Shown in pieces: positions 1-8,491 of a stretch of DNA of 64,000 nucleotides. The notes under the pieces were generated by a model. It was not told the origin of the DNA, searched no databases, and worked only from the letters and a program-made list of their open reading frames with translations. Source of the DNA: Acidobacteriota bacterium (GTDB taxonomy: Bacteria > Acidobacteriota > UBA890 > WLXD01); NCBI GenBank assembly GCA_029263295.1, contig JAJCXT010000053.1, positions 3,889 to 67,888 on the forward strand, given 5' to 3'. The position numbers and the translations under genes were made by a program. Every line of letters starts with the position of its first letter. Position 1 is the first letter of the stretch.

Positions 1-317
1 TGGCCATCTTCAATCGCAGAGGCGTCGTTCACCGTCAATCGCTGTACGGTGGCCAGCGCGTCGCTACCGGAAAGCCTGATCTCGCCCATGTGGCTGACGT
101 CGAACAGGCCTGCGCACTCGCGCACGGCAACGTGCTCATCCATGAGGCCGCTGTACTGCACTGGCATGCGCCAGCCCGCGAAATCGACCATGCGCCCGTC
201 GTGGCGGACGTGCCAATCGTGCAGAGGTGTCTGGCGGATTTCGGACAAGGAGTATCTCCAGATTGGCTGGAGGCGGCAGACCGCCGCGACAGCGTGGAAC
301 CGGGTCGAACGTACCAT
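1..317 (-). CDS. gcvT: glycine cleavage system aminomethyltransferase GcvT, N-terminal part (gene runs off window start)
   Basis: Absent from the ORF track because there is no stop inside the window. My minus-strand translation from ATG 317 reads MVRSTRFHAVAAVCRLQPIWRYSLSEIRQTPLHDWHVRHDGRMVDFAGWRMPVQYSGLMDEHVAVRECAGLFDVSHMGEIRLSGSDALATVQRLTVNDASAIEDG and is open to nt 1. The TPLHDWH..MVDFAGW.MPVQY..GLFDVSHMG block is the canonical GcvT N-terminus. The true start may be TTG at 248. Confidence 0.8.
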   Translation of the reverse strand, partial: MVRSTRFHAVAAVCRLQPIWRYSLSEIRQTPLHDWHVRHDGRMVDFAGWRMPVQYSGLMDEHVAVRECAGLFDVSHMGEIRLSGSDALATVQRLTVNDASAIEDG

Positions 318-394
318 AGGCACCAGGGGTGCGCTACCGTGAGCACGCCCCGGCAGCGTTCCCCAAAACGCCCGTCATCGCACGCTGCGGGGCC

Positions 395-976
395 TCATCT
401 TCGCAGGGCCCACCTGGGACGATCTGGCGCCCGCGCCCAGACCGATATTCGCCCGGAAACGCCGTGCACCCGGACCGCGGCGCATCGCTCCCAGGCGTCG
501 CACAGATAGACCGACCCGCTACTGGTGGTGCCGCGGGGATGAACGGCCAGTAGGTCGGCCCGGCCAAACGCCACGCCGTCCGCGGGACGAGTGCCTCCCG
601 CTGGCGGCCGGAGGCCGGCAGGAAGCCCGACTCGCACCCCCCGGTAGCGCGTCGACAGGACATGCGGCCCCGCTATCACGACATCTATACCGCGCCGGAC
701 ATCGTCGGACCGGATTCCGTCCCCATCGCCATCCCTGACGATGTCCCATTCAAGATCCGGCGGGTCGGCGCGGAACACAATGCCGAAGGCATGCCCAGTG
801 CTGGCGCTGCGAACACGGAGCGCCACCACCAGTAGCGCCAGCTCGTCGGCCGCCCCCTCCACCCGTTGCCGCTGTCGCCACCGCACCCACTCGGGGGCAA
901 CGGCATGCAGGAGCGCAGCCATGACCCCGAGCAGGATGACGATCTCCGGCAGCGAGCTACCGGCCTCTTGTCGCAC
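395..976 (-). CDS. prepilin-type N-terminal domain protein, GspH/FimT-like minor pseudopilin
   Basis: ORF 395..1060. Contains QEAG/SSLPEIVILLGVMAALL, i.e. Gly at -1, Glu at +5 and a hydrophobic helix, which is a class III (prepilin) signal. GTG at 976 gives a short 6-aa leader typical of type IV pilins. The longer ATG start at 1060 would overlap comEA by 104 nt. The body is weakly GspH-like. Start and family are uncertain. Confidence 0.5.
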   Translation of the reverse strand: MRQEAGSSLPEIVILLGVMAALLHAVAPEWVRWRQRQRVEGAADELALLVVALRVRSASTGHAFGIVFRADPPDLEWDIVRDGDGDGIRSDDVRRGIDVVIAGPHVLSTRYRGVRVGLPAGLRPPAGGTRPADGVAFGRADLLAVHPRGTTSSGSVYLCDAWERCAAVRVHGVSGRISVWARAPDRPRWALRR

Positions 977-1310
977 TCTTCGGATGAACGACCACGTACG
1001 GTCGCAGCTTCTCGAGAGTCGTCGTGCCGATGCCGCGGACATTGAGCAAGTCCTCGACACGCTCGAAGGGACCGTTCTGTTCGCGCCACGCGATGATCCG
1101 TTGGGCCATCGCAGGCCCGATCCCGGGAATGAGCTCGAGTTGTTCTTCCGACGCGGTGTTCACGTCGATCGGTTCCTGGGGCTCCTGCACCGACGTAGCC
1201 GCTGCCCCGTAGCCGTATCCTGGTGCCACGTCTCCCGCATTTGTCGCATCCGGCGTCGGCACCACCAGCAAAGATGCCGCCATGGCCAAGATCATAGGAA
1301 CTGCCTGCAT
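957..1310 (-). CDS. comEA: ComEA-family helix-hairpin-helix DNA-binding competence protein
   Basis: 117 aa with an N-terminal signal/anchor. The C-terminus IDVNTASEEQLELIPGIGPAMAQRIIAWREQNGPFERVEDLLNVRGIGTTTLEKLRPYV is the ComEA tandem HhH signature. Strong SD (GGGGGGAG) lies before the ATG. Confidence 0.8.
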   Translation of the reverse strand: MQAVPMILAMAASLLVVPTPDATNAGDVAPGYGYGAAATSVQEPQEPIDVNTASEEQLELIPGIGPAMAQRIIAWREQNGPFERVEDLLNVRGIGTTTLEKLRPYVVVHPKSATRGR

Positions 1311-1643
1311 ACTCCCCCCTCGCTTATCGCGGCTCTACCCGCCGCGTGGGTGACCGGCAAAGTGCCGCTCACCGAACCAGAGACGGTCGCCGGCCCCATC
1401 TTTCGGCGCATTGCAGCCACCGACCTCCGCGTGGGCGGCCCGTGGTGGGAGGCCGATGGGCCTCGCGGCAGCGGGGTGCGAGGTGGAAGGCAGGAGGGAG
1501 AAGGAGGCGATGCTAAAGTATCGCCTGCGTCTGGCCGCCCTGTAACTGCCCGCATGTCGCAGGAACAAGGTCCGCCATACTCCCGCTACGACTGCTAGAC
1601 CGCCAATTCGCCTCCCGACCCTCTCTTCAGGCACCACTGCGTC

Positions 1644-3095
1644 ATGGCCAAGAACCGAAACGACGACTTCGTCACCGAGATCACGCCCAAGTCCGAGGAC
1701 TTCTCCCGCTGGTACACAGACGTAGTGCGTAAGGCCGAGTTGGCCGACTATTCGCCGGTGAAAGGTTGCATGGTCATCCGCCCCTACGGCTACGCCTTGT
1801 GGGAAAACGCGCGCGATCTGCTCGACGCACGTATCAAGGCAACTGGGCACATGAACGCCTACTTCCCTCTGTTCATTCCGGAGAGCCTGCTGAAGAAGGA
1901 AGCTGAGCACGTCGAAGGCTTCGCACCGGAGGTGGCCTGGGTCACTCACGGCGGCAGCAACGAGCTGGAGGAACGACTCGCGGTGCGTCCCACCTCGGAA
2001 GCCATCATCTGCAGCATGTACAGCAAGTGGGTGCAGTCGTGGCGTGATTTGCCCCTCCTGATCAACCAGTGGGGCAACGTAGTCCGCTGGGAGAAGGTGA
2101 CACGCTTCTTCCTTCGTACCACGGAGTTCCTCTGGCAGGAGGGTCACACCGCACACGCCACTGCCGAGGAAGCCCAGGAAGAAACTCTGAAAATGCTCGG
2201 CGTCTACAAGGACTTCCTGGAGGAAGATCTCGGCATTCCGGTCATCACCGGAATCAAGACCGAGAAGGAGAAGTTTGCAGGCGCTGACCGGACGTACGCG
2301 GTCGAGGCGTTGATGTCAGACGGCCGGGCGCTGCAGGCAGGTACCTCGCACAATCTCGGCCAGAACTTCGCCAAGGCGTTCGATATCCAATTCGAGGACA
2401 AGAACCAGGAGATCCAGTACGCATGGAGCACCTCCTGGGGCATGACAACCCGTACAATCGGCGCCCTCGTAATGACGCACGGCGACGACAACGGCCTGCG
2501 CCTGCCGCCGCGTGTAGCGCCGTATCACGTCGTAATCGTGCCGATCAAAGCCGGTAACTACGAGGAGGAGGTACTCCCCGCCGCCCGAGAGCTCGAGGAG
2601 CTACTGCGTACCGCCGGCCTACGCGTGTACCTGGACGACCGCGAGGAATACACCCCCGGCTGGAAGTACAACGAGTGGGAAATGCGTGGCGTGCCGCTGC
2701 GCGCAGAGATCGGTCCGCGCGACGTCAAGAACAAGCAGACGGTCCTGGTACGGAGGGACACCCGCGACAAGACCTTCGTGCCCATCGACCACGTGCCGGG
2801 TGCCGCAGCAACGCTGCTCGATGACATTCAGACGAGCATGCTCTCGACCGCACGCGACTTCATGGAGACCAACACCCATCCGGTGAAGGACTTCGACAAG
2901 TTCCGCGAGATCATGAGCGGGCCCCGCGGCTTCCTGAAAGCGAACTGGTGCGGCGACCGCGACCTCGAGGTCGAAATTCAGCAGGAGACGTCGGCGACGA
3001 TCCGGTGCCTGTTGCCCGACGAGGAGCCCACGGGCCCTTGCTTCTACAGCGGCAAGCCGGCCAAGCACGTCGCGATCTTCGCCAAGGCGTATTAG
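1644..3095 (+). CDS. proS: proline--tRNA ligase (archaeal/eukaryote-like short type)
   Basis: 483 aa. FSRWYTDVVRKAELADYSPVKGCMVIRPYGYALWE, the class II aaRS core and the C-terminal ..VAIFAKAY are typical of ProRS type 3. Confidence 0.95.
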   Translation: MAKNRNDDFVTEITPKSEDFSRWYTDVVRKAELADYSPVKGCMVIRPYGYALWENARDLLDARIKATGHMNAYFPLFIPESLLKKEAEHVEGFAPEVAWVTHGGSNELEERLAVRPTSEAIICSMYSKWVQSWRDLPLLINQWGNVVRWEKVTRFFLRTTEFLWQEGHTAHATAEEAQEETLKMLGVYKDFLEEDLGIPVITGIKTEKEKFAGADRTYAVEALMSDGRALQAGTSHNLGQNFAKAFDIQFEDKNQEIQYAWSTSWGMTTRTIGALVMTHGDDNGLRLPPRVAPYHVVIVPIKAGNYEEEVLPAARELEELLRTAGLRVYLDDREEYTPGWKYNEWEMRGVPLRAEIGPRDVKNKQTVLVRRDTRDKTFVPIDHVPGAAATLLDDIQTSMLSTARDFMETNTHPVKDFDKFREIMSGPRGFLKANWCGDRDLEVEIQQETSATIRCLLPDEEPTGPCFYSGKPAKHVAIFAKAY

Positions 3096-3637
3096 CGCCT
3101 GGCCGCCGCTTCGATCCGTTCGGCGACCTGGGCCGCGGCATCGTCCGCGTTCACGGTGATCGACGCCTGCGCATAGTCGGACTGCCGTTCGTCGAACAGC
3201 CTGCGCACGGCCTCCGGATCACCGAACAGCGGGCGCCCCGCTCCCTCCCCCACGCGCTCCATGCACGTCGCGAAGGCCACCCGTAGCCACACGCTCATCG
3301 CGTGGTCGCTAATCAGTTCGCGATTCTGCTCGCGCAGCATCGTGCCGCCGCCCAGCGCCACGACCGTGCAGGGCTTCTGTATCGCTTGCCGCAGGACATG
3401 GCTCTCCATGTCGCGAAACGCCCCCTCGCCATCGGATGCAAAGATCTCGGCGATGCTCGCTCCGGCGTGACGCGCGATGAGCACATCCAGATCGACGTAG
3501 TTCCAGACAAGACGCCGCGCAAGCAACTGCGCCACCGTGCTCTTGCCGCAGCCCATGAAGCCTGCCAGGTGGATCTGTGAGTGTCCCGACGCGGTTCGCG
3601 CCAGCGGCTCCAGACCATTGCGTGCAGCCTCGCTCAC
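3092..3637 (-). CDS. aroK: shikimate kinase
   Basis: 181 aa with P-loop GFMGCGKSTVAQLLA and the DLD motif. ATGA overlap with the aroA stop. Its stop shares 4 nt with the convergent proS stop. Confidence 0.9.
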   Translation of the reverse strand: MSEAARNGLEPLARTASGHSQIHLAGFMGCGKSTVAQLLARRLVWNYVDLDVLIARHAGASIAEIFASDGEGAFRDMESHVLRQAIQKPCTVVALGGGTMLREQNRELISDHAMSVWLRVAFATCMERVGEGAGRPLFGDPEAVRRLFDERQSDYAQASITVNADDAAAQVAERIEAAARR

Positions 3638-4929
3638 GCCGCGCCTCCGAGGGCCACCAGGTCGCGAAGGAAGCCCGGATACGAAACATCCGCTACCTCG
3701 GCGCCATCGATCCTCACCGGCCCCGCAGCCCCAGCCGCCACCGCCGCGGCAGCCAAAGCAACTCGATGATCCCCCGCCGCGGCGACAACGCCGCCGCTTA
3801 GCCGCTGCCCACCGGGCACCGTGAATCCATCCTCGAACGTCTCGAGTTCACCGCCCAGCGCGCGCAGCGAGGCGGCGACGGTGACGATTCGGTCGCTCTC
3901 CTTGACCCGCAGCTCGGCCCCATCACGCACCGCGATACCGTCTCGGGTGGTGGCTCCCAGCAGCGCGAGCGCCGGCAGCTCATCGATCAGGCGTGCCGTC
4001 AGATCCCCCTCAATGAGTCCGCCGAGCAAAGGTCGCCCATGACCCCGGACGCGGAGAGTCGCCGTGGGCTCGCCGTACCAGTCGGAACCCCTGACCACTT
4101 CAATGTCTGCCCCCCAGGCCTGCAGGAGATCGATGACCGCTGCTCGGCCGGGGTTGACGCCAACGTACTCCAGCGTCAAATCGGACCGTGGAGCCAGGAC
4201 CGCCGCAACGAGCCAGAAAGTCGCAGACGAGATATCTCCCGGCACCTCTCCGGACAACGGCCTGAGGCCCTCCGGAGGGCGCAACGTGGTGCCGCCACGA
4301 GCAGCGGCACCGCTGATCTCAACCCCCATTGCCTGCAGCAAACGTTCGGTATGGTCGCGGCTCGGCCGCGGCTCCCTCAGGGTCGTAGCGCCCGCAGCGT
4401 AGAGTCCGGCGAGCAGTACGCATGACTTGATCTGCGCTGATGGAACGGGTGTCTCGTATGCAATCCCGGACAAATTGCCGCCGCCAACAGCCATCGGAGC
4501 ACGGCCTTCGGCGGTCTTGATTGTCGCACCCATCAGCCGGAGCGGCGCGGCGACACGTTCCATCGGCCGGCGCTGCAGCGACGCATCGCCGTCCAGCGTT
4601 GCGGTGAACGGCTGCCCGGCCAGGATCCCAGCGAGCAACCGCATGGTCGTGCCACTGTTGCCGCAATCGAGCACTCCGCTCGGCGCGCGGAGGCCGCGCA
4701 GTCCACGCCCCTGAACGTGCACACTGTTCGCGTCGAGGGCTACCTCGCAGCCGAGTTGCCGCAGGCAACTTGCGGTCGCCGCCACGTCGCCACCCGCCGG
4801 CAGGTTCCCGATGTGCGACTCGCCATCCGCGATGGCAGCCAGGAGCAGCGCCCGGTGGGCGATGGACTTGTCACCAGGGAGGCGCGTGAGCCCTCGGGGA
4901 CACAACCCCGGTTCGATCGTCCAGCGCAT
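3634..4929 (-). CDS. aroA: 3-phosphoshikimate 1-carboxyvinyltransferase (EPSP synthase)
   Basis: 431 aa. LPGDKSIAHRALLLAAIADGES, NSGTTMRLLAG and VKESDRI are EPSPS signatures. Confidence 0.95.
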   Translation of the reverse strand: MRWTIEPGLCPRGLTRLPGDKSIAHRALLLAAIADGESHIGNLPAGGDVAATASCLRQLGCEVALDANSVHVQGRGLRGLRAPSGVLDCGNSGTTMRLLAGILAGQPFTATLDGDASLQRRPMERVAAPLRLMGATIKTAEGRAPMAVGGGNLSGIAYETPVPSAQIKSCVLLAGLYAAGATTLREPRPSRDHTERLLQAMGVEISGAAARGGTTLRPPEGLRPLSGEVPGDISSATFWLVAAVLAPRSDLTLEYVGVNPGRAAVIDLLQAWGADIEVVRGSDWYGEPTATLRVRGHGRPLLGGLIEGDLTARLIDELPALALLGATTRDGIAVRDGAELRVKESDRIVTVAASLRALGGELETFEDGFTVPGGQRLSGGVVAAAGDHRVALAAAAVAAGAAGPVRIDGAEVADVSYPGFLRDLVALGGAA

Positions 4930-4965
4930 CGCTAGCAGTCCCTGGGAGTTCCGGAATGAACGACG

Positions 4966-5076
4966 TCAGTTGTCGCGGTGCCGTTCCGCTCGCATCGACA
5001 TCCAAAGCAATACGGCGAAACCACCCCAGACGAGTCCCAATACCAGGACCATCATCACAATAGTACCGTTTTCCAT
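4966..5076 (-). CDS. 36-aa single-TM micro-protein, MetS-like small subunit of the NSS transporter
   Basis: Only the last 36 codons of track ORF 4966..5202 are used: MENGTIVMMVLVLGLVWGGFAVLLWMSMRAERHRDN. That is one TM helix with a basic tail. Its ATG (5076-5074) shares one nt with the transporter TGA (TGATG). It resembles the methionine/alanine importer small-subunit family found downstream of NSS genes. Confidence 0.55.
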   Translation of the reverse strand: MENGTIVMMVLVLGLVWGGFAVLLWMSMRAERHRDN

Positions 5077-6551
5077 CAGGCCTCCGACTGGTCGAGTGTC
5101 GCCGCGGCCATTCGTCCGTTGAACACGCGGAACAGGATGAACGCAACGCCCCACTGGAACAGGCATGTCCCCAGATTGAACACGGCGACCGGATTCCACC
5201 ACCGCGGGTCACTGATCGTCGCCTGGTAGAGCCACCAGGCGATCATCACCAGGAACTCCGCCGGGATGACCCATTTCAGCAGAATGTCGAACCAGCGGCC
5301 GATCGGAATATCGTTGCGCGCGGGCTCGATCAGTTCCTCCCGGAATCGACGGGCCCCGAACTTGTTGACGGCAACCGCAAACAGGAAGCCCGACACCATG
5401 AGACCGATTCCCCACACGTTGTCCTGGTTCATCAAGAAACTCATCGAAAGCGCGGACGGCAGCCCCAGCAGGAATCCTCCCACTACAACGAACTTCACCG
5501 CGCTCTGCCGACTCATGCCGGCGTCCATGAAGATGCGGGTGCCGAGTTCGATCATGGCGATCAGGGACGAAATCGCGGCTACCACGAGCGCGACGAAGAA
5601 CAAGATGAGCGACACCTGGCCAAACGGCATCTGCTGGAACAGCGCGGGGATCCACAGGAAGCTCAACGCGGTGTTGCCCGGGCCGCCGAGCTGCAGCAGC
5701 TCCCCGGCTGGGGGGGCGCCAGGATCCGCCGGGGCAAGCGCGAACACGGAACAGATAACCATGAGGCCGGCCAGCAGCGACGCCGAGTTGTTGCCGAAGC
5801 CAATCGTCATCGAGTTCATGACGATGTCGTCGCGCTTGCTGGTATACACCGCGTAGCTCAGAAGCAGCCCATAACCCGCTCCCGTGGACCATGCCGACTG
5901 AGTCAGGCCCTCGAGCCAGATCCGGTAGTCGAGCAACATACTCAGATCGGGATTGAACAGGAAGTTCAGGCCCTCCGTGGCGCCGGGCAGGGTAACCGCG
6001 CGCAGGGTGCCCGCCAGCAGCAAGATGAAAAGTAGAGGGATCAGGACCTTACTCGCCTTCTCGATACCGTCGATCACACCACGATAGACGATCGCACCGG
6101 CGACGCTCATGGCGATGAGATGGAACAGGACCGACTCCCATCCGTTGGCCTGGAACGTTGCCCAGTACTGCTGACCAGACTGCTCCACCAAGCCCCCGCC
6201 GATGGCGCCCGACAGATACTTGAAGCACCAGCCAGCGACTACCGAGTAGTAGAACATGATGGCCATCGAGCAGAACCCGACGAAGGCACCTAGCCAGGCG
6301 TAGTTCGGGCCCATGAGCTTGCTGAAGGCACCGATCGTGCCCTTGCGGGCATGCCGCCCCATTGCCGTCTCGACCATCAGAAGCGGGATCGACCAGAGCA
6401 GCAGGAAGACGATCCACGGAATCAGGAAGGCGCCACCGCCGTTCTGAGCAACCACCCGTGGGAAACGCCAGATGTTGCCGGTGCCGACAGCCATCCCGAT
6501 GGCGGCCAGCAACAGGCCCCAGCGCGACGTGAACATGTCTTTTGTTTGCAT
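5076..6551 (-). CDS. sodium-dependent transporter, neurotransmitter:sodium symporter (SNF/NSS) family
   Basis: 491 aa and polytopic. N-terminal GTGNIWRFPRVVAQNGGGAFLIPW is the NSS signature. Confidence 0.9.
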   Translation of the reverse strand: MQTKDMFTSRWGLLLAAIGMAVGTGNIWRFPRVVAQNGGGAFLIPWIVFLLLWSIPLLMVETAMGRHARKGTIGAFSKLMGPNYAWLGAFVGFCSMAIMFYYSVVAGWCFKYLSGAIGGGLVEQSGQQYWATFQANGWESVLFHLIAMSVAGAIVYRGVIDGIEKASKVLIPLLFILLLAGTLRAVTLPGATEGLNFLFNPDLSMLLDYRIWLEGLTQSAWSTGAGYGLLLSYAVYTSKRDDIVMNSMTIGFGNNSASLLAGLMVICSVFALAPADPGAPPAGELLQLGGPGNTALSFLWIPALFQQMPFGQVSLILFFVALVVAAISSLIAMIELGTRIFMDAGMSRQSAVKFVVVGGFLLGLPSALSMSFLMNQDNVWGIGLMVSGFLFAVAVNKFGARRFREELIEPARNDIPIGRWFDILLKWVIPAEFLVMIAWWLYQATISDPRWWNPVAVFNLGTCLFQWGVAFILFRVFNGRMAAATLDQSEA

Positions 6552-6608
6552 GGGCCGCGACTTTAGTCGGGCGCGACGGCCGGCGTCAAACCGCAGGGCC
6601 GTGCAGCC

Positions 6609-7954
6609 CTACCCACGCAGGTCGACGTTCGGCAGAATCTCGTCCATCAGGTGCGTGTCGTAATCGCCAGCCACGAAGCCAGGATGTTCGAGTACCTTGC
6701 GAAGAAGCGGGATATTCGTGCGAATGCCCTCGATGACCATCAGGTCGAGACTTCGCCTCATGCGCGCCAAGGCCTCCTCGCGATCACGCCCGTGGACTAT
6801 CACCTTCGCGATCATCGAATCGTAGAACGGCGAGACGAAGGCCTCCTCGTGCGCCGCGGTATCCACCCGCACGCCTGGCCCTTTCGGAATGTTGAACGCC
6901 GTGATCTGTCCGGGCGCGGGCGCCAGCGTCTCCGGGTCCTCGGCATTGATGCGGCACTCGATCGCGTGGCCACGGAAGGTCACATCCTCCTGTGTGTAGC
7001 TCAGCGGAGCTCCACCGGCAATGAGGATCTGCTCCTTGACCAGGTCAATCAGCGTGACCTCCTCCGTAATCGGATGCTCCACCTGGATGCGAGTGTTCAT
7101 CTCCATGAAGTAGTGCTTCCCCTCGCCATCAACGAGGAATTCCATGGTTCCTGCCGAGTAGTAATCGAGCGCTGATGCACCCTTTACCGCGTCGGCCCAG
7201 ATGGCCTCCCTCTGCTGGTCCGTCAACGCAACCGTCGGGGTCTCCTCGAGAATCTTCTGGTACTTGCGCTGCACGCTGCATTCGCGCTCGCCGAGATGGA
7301 TCAAGTTGCCGTGCTTGTCGCCGAGGAGCTGCACTTCCACGTGCCGCGGCCGGGCCAGGTACTTCTCCATGTACATCTCGCCATTGCCGAACGCCGCCTC
7401 AGCCTCACGCGAGGCGGTCTGGTAGGCCTTGGGAAGCTCCTCAGGACGAAGGACCACCCGCATCCCTCGACCGCCGCCGCCTTGAGCAGTACCGGGTAAC
7501 CAATCTCCTGGGCGATCGTCTCCGCCTCGGCCATACCCGTGATCGGACCTGGCGAGCCGGGCAACATGGGCAGCCCGGATCCGACCATCAGCTTCTTCGC
7601 TTCCGCCTTGTCGCCCATCCGGCGGATGTGTTCGGGTGAAGGACCGATGAAGATCAGGCCGCACGCCTCGCAGACCTCGGCGAAATGGGCATTCTCCGAA
7701 AGGAGACCGTAGCCAGGGTGGATGGCGTCGACCTTCATCGCCTCGGCAGCGGCAATCACCGAGGCCATGTTCAAGTACGACTCACCAACCGGGCCCGGAC
7801 CGATACAAACAGCCTCATCGGCGAAACTCACATGGAGCGAATCGCGATCGGCTTCGGAATACACCGCTACCGGACGGATCCCGAGATCGCGACAGGCCCA
7901 GATCACGCGGAGGGCGATCTCCCCACGATTGGCTACGAGAACGGACTCGATCAT
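6609..7954 (-). pseudogene. accC: acetyl-CoA carboxylase biotin carboxylase subunit, frameshifted as sequenced
   Basis: Two overlapping track ORFs in different frames. 7301..7954 matches AccC residues 1 to about 158 ([18 protein letters not shown]...[10 protein letters not shown]). 6609..7664 matches from [10 protein letters not shown] to the C-terminus. The frames join in the run AAGGCGGCGGCGG at 7471-7483. One missing nt restores [11 protein letters not shown]. Confidence 0.9.
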
Positions 7955-7978
7955 TTGCTCACGCTGCCTGAAGAGAAG

Positions 7979-8467
7979 CTAGCCGGTACGGACGGCGAAC
8001 AGCTCTTGCCCGTATTCCACGGGCTGGCCGTTCTCCTGCAATATGGCGATAACCTCGCCATCGACATCCGCCGTGATCTCGTTCATGAGCTTCATCGCCT
8101 CGACGATGCACAACGTCTGCCCAGCGGTAACCTGGTCGCCGATTTCGACAAACGCATCGGACCCCGGTTCAGCCGCCGTGTAGAACGTGCCGACCATCGG
8201 TGAGGTGATCATGTGGGCGCCGGCGTATGCCGGCTCCGCCTCGGCCGCCACCTCTCCCACCGCCGCTGCGACGGGAACTGGTGCTCCGGCGGCCATCGGC
8301 GCCGCGACGACATGGGGCTCCGGGCGGCGGAGCCGCACAGTGACGCCATGCTGCTCGATCTCGATCTCGGCGAGGTTCTTCTCGATCGCCAGATCAGCGA
8401 GTTTCCGTATGTGGTCGATGTCCAAGCCTTCCTCCTGGCGGCTGCTGCGCTCGCCAGAGAATACCAC
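7979..8467 (-). CDS. accB: acetyl-CoA carboxylase biotin carboxyl carrier protein
   Basis: 162 aa with an Ala/Pro-rich linker and the C-terminal biotinyl domain ..CIVEAMKLMNEITADVDGEV.. (EAMKLMN biotinylation motif). Confidence 0.9.
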   Translation of the reverse strand: MVFSGERSSRQEEGLDIDHIRKLADLAIEKNLAEIEIEQHGVTVRLRRPEPHVVAAPMAAGAPVPVAAAVGEVAAEAEPAYAGAHMITSPMVGTFYTAAEPGSDAFVEIGDQVTAGQTLCIVEAMKLMNEITADVDGEVIAILQENGQPVEYGQELFAVRTG

Positions 8468-8491
8468 CGCCGCTGGGGCGCTTCAGGCCGC

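Noticed and set aside
249-394. Possible glycine riboswitch upstream of gcvT
   Set aside because: I read the minus strand of the leader. Apart from a tctggagat fragment, the conserved ACCGAAGG(G)GCAA and CTCAGGC cores are absent, and the space is too short for a tandem aptamer. A covariance-model search with RF00504 would settle it.
977-1060. ATG 1060 or 1042 as the pseudopilin start
   Set aside because: These would give a 27-34 aa Arg/Ser-rich leader overlapping comEA by up to 104 nt. GTG 976 gives a pilin-like short leader. This remains uncertain.
1481-1628. Purine-rich tract (aggtggaaggcaggagggagaaggaggcg) followed by an 11-codon uORF (ATG 1510, MLKYRLRLAAL) upstream of proS, with an 8-nt complement (ggaggcga/tcgcctcc) near the proS start
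   Set aside because: The SD-to-ATG spacing is wrong at 2 nt or 12 nt. The peptide has no Pro codons, so it is not a proline attenuation leader. An 8-bp complementarity over about 100 nt in GC-rich DNA is within chance. The region also serves as the divergent comEA promoter and SD.
5077-5202. First 42 codons of the 78-aa ORF 4966..5202
   Set aside because: They lie entirely inside the NSS transporter coding region in another frame and are Arg/Gly/Pro-rich. Only the terminal 36 codons after the transporter stop look real.
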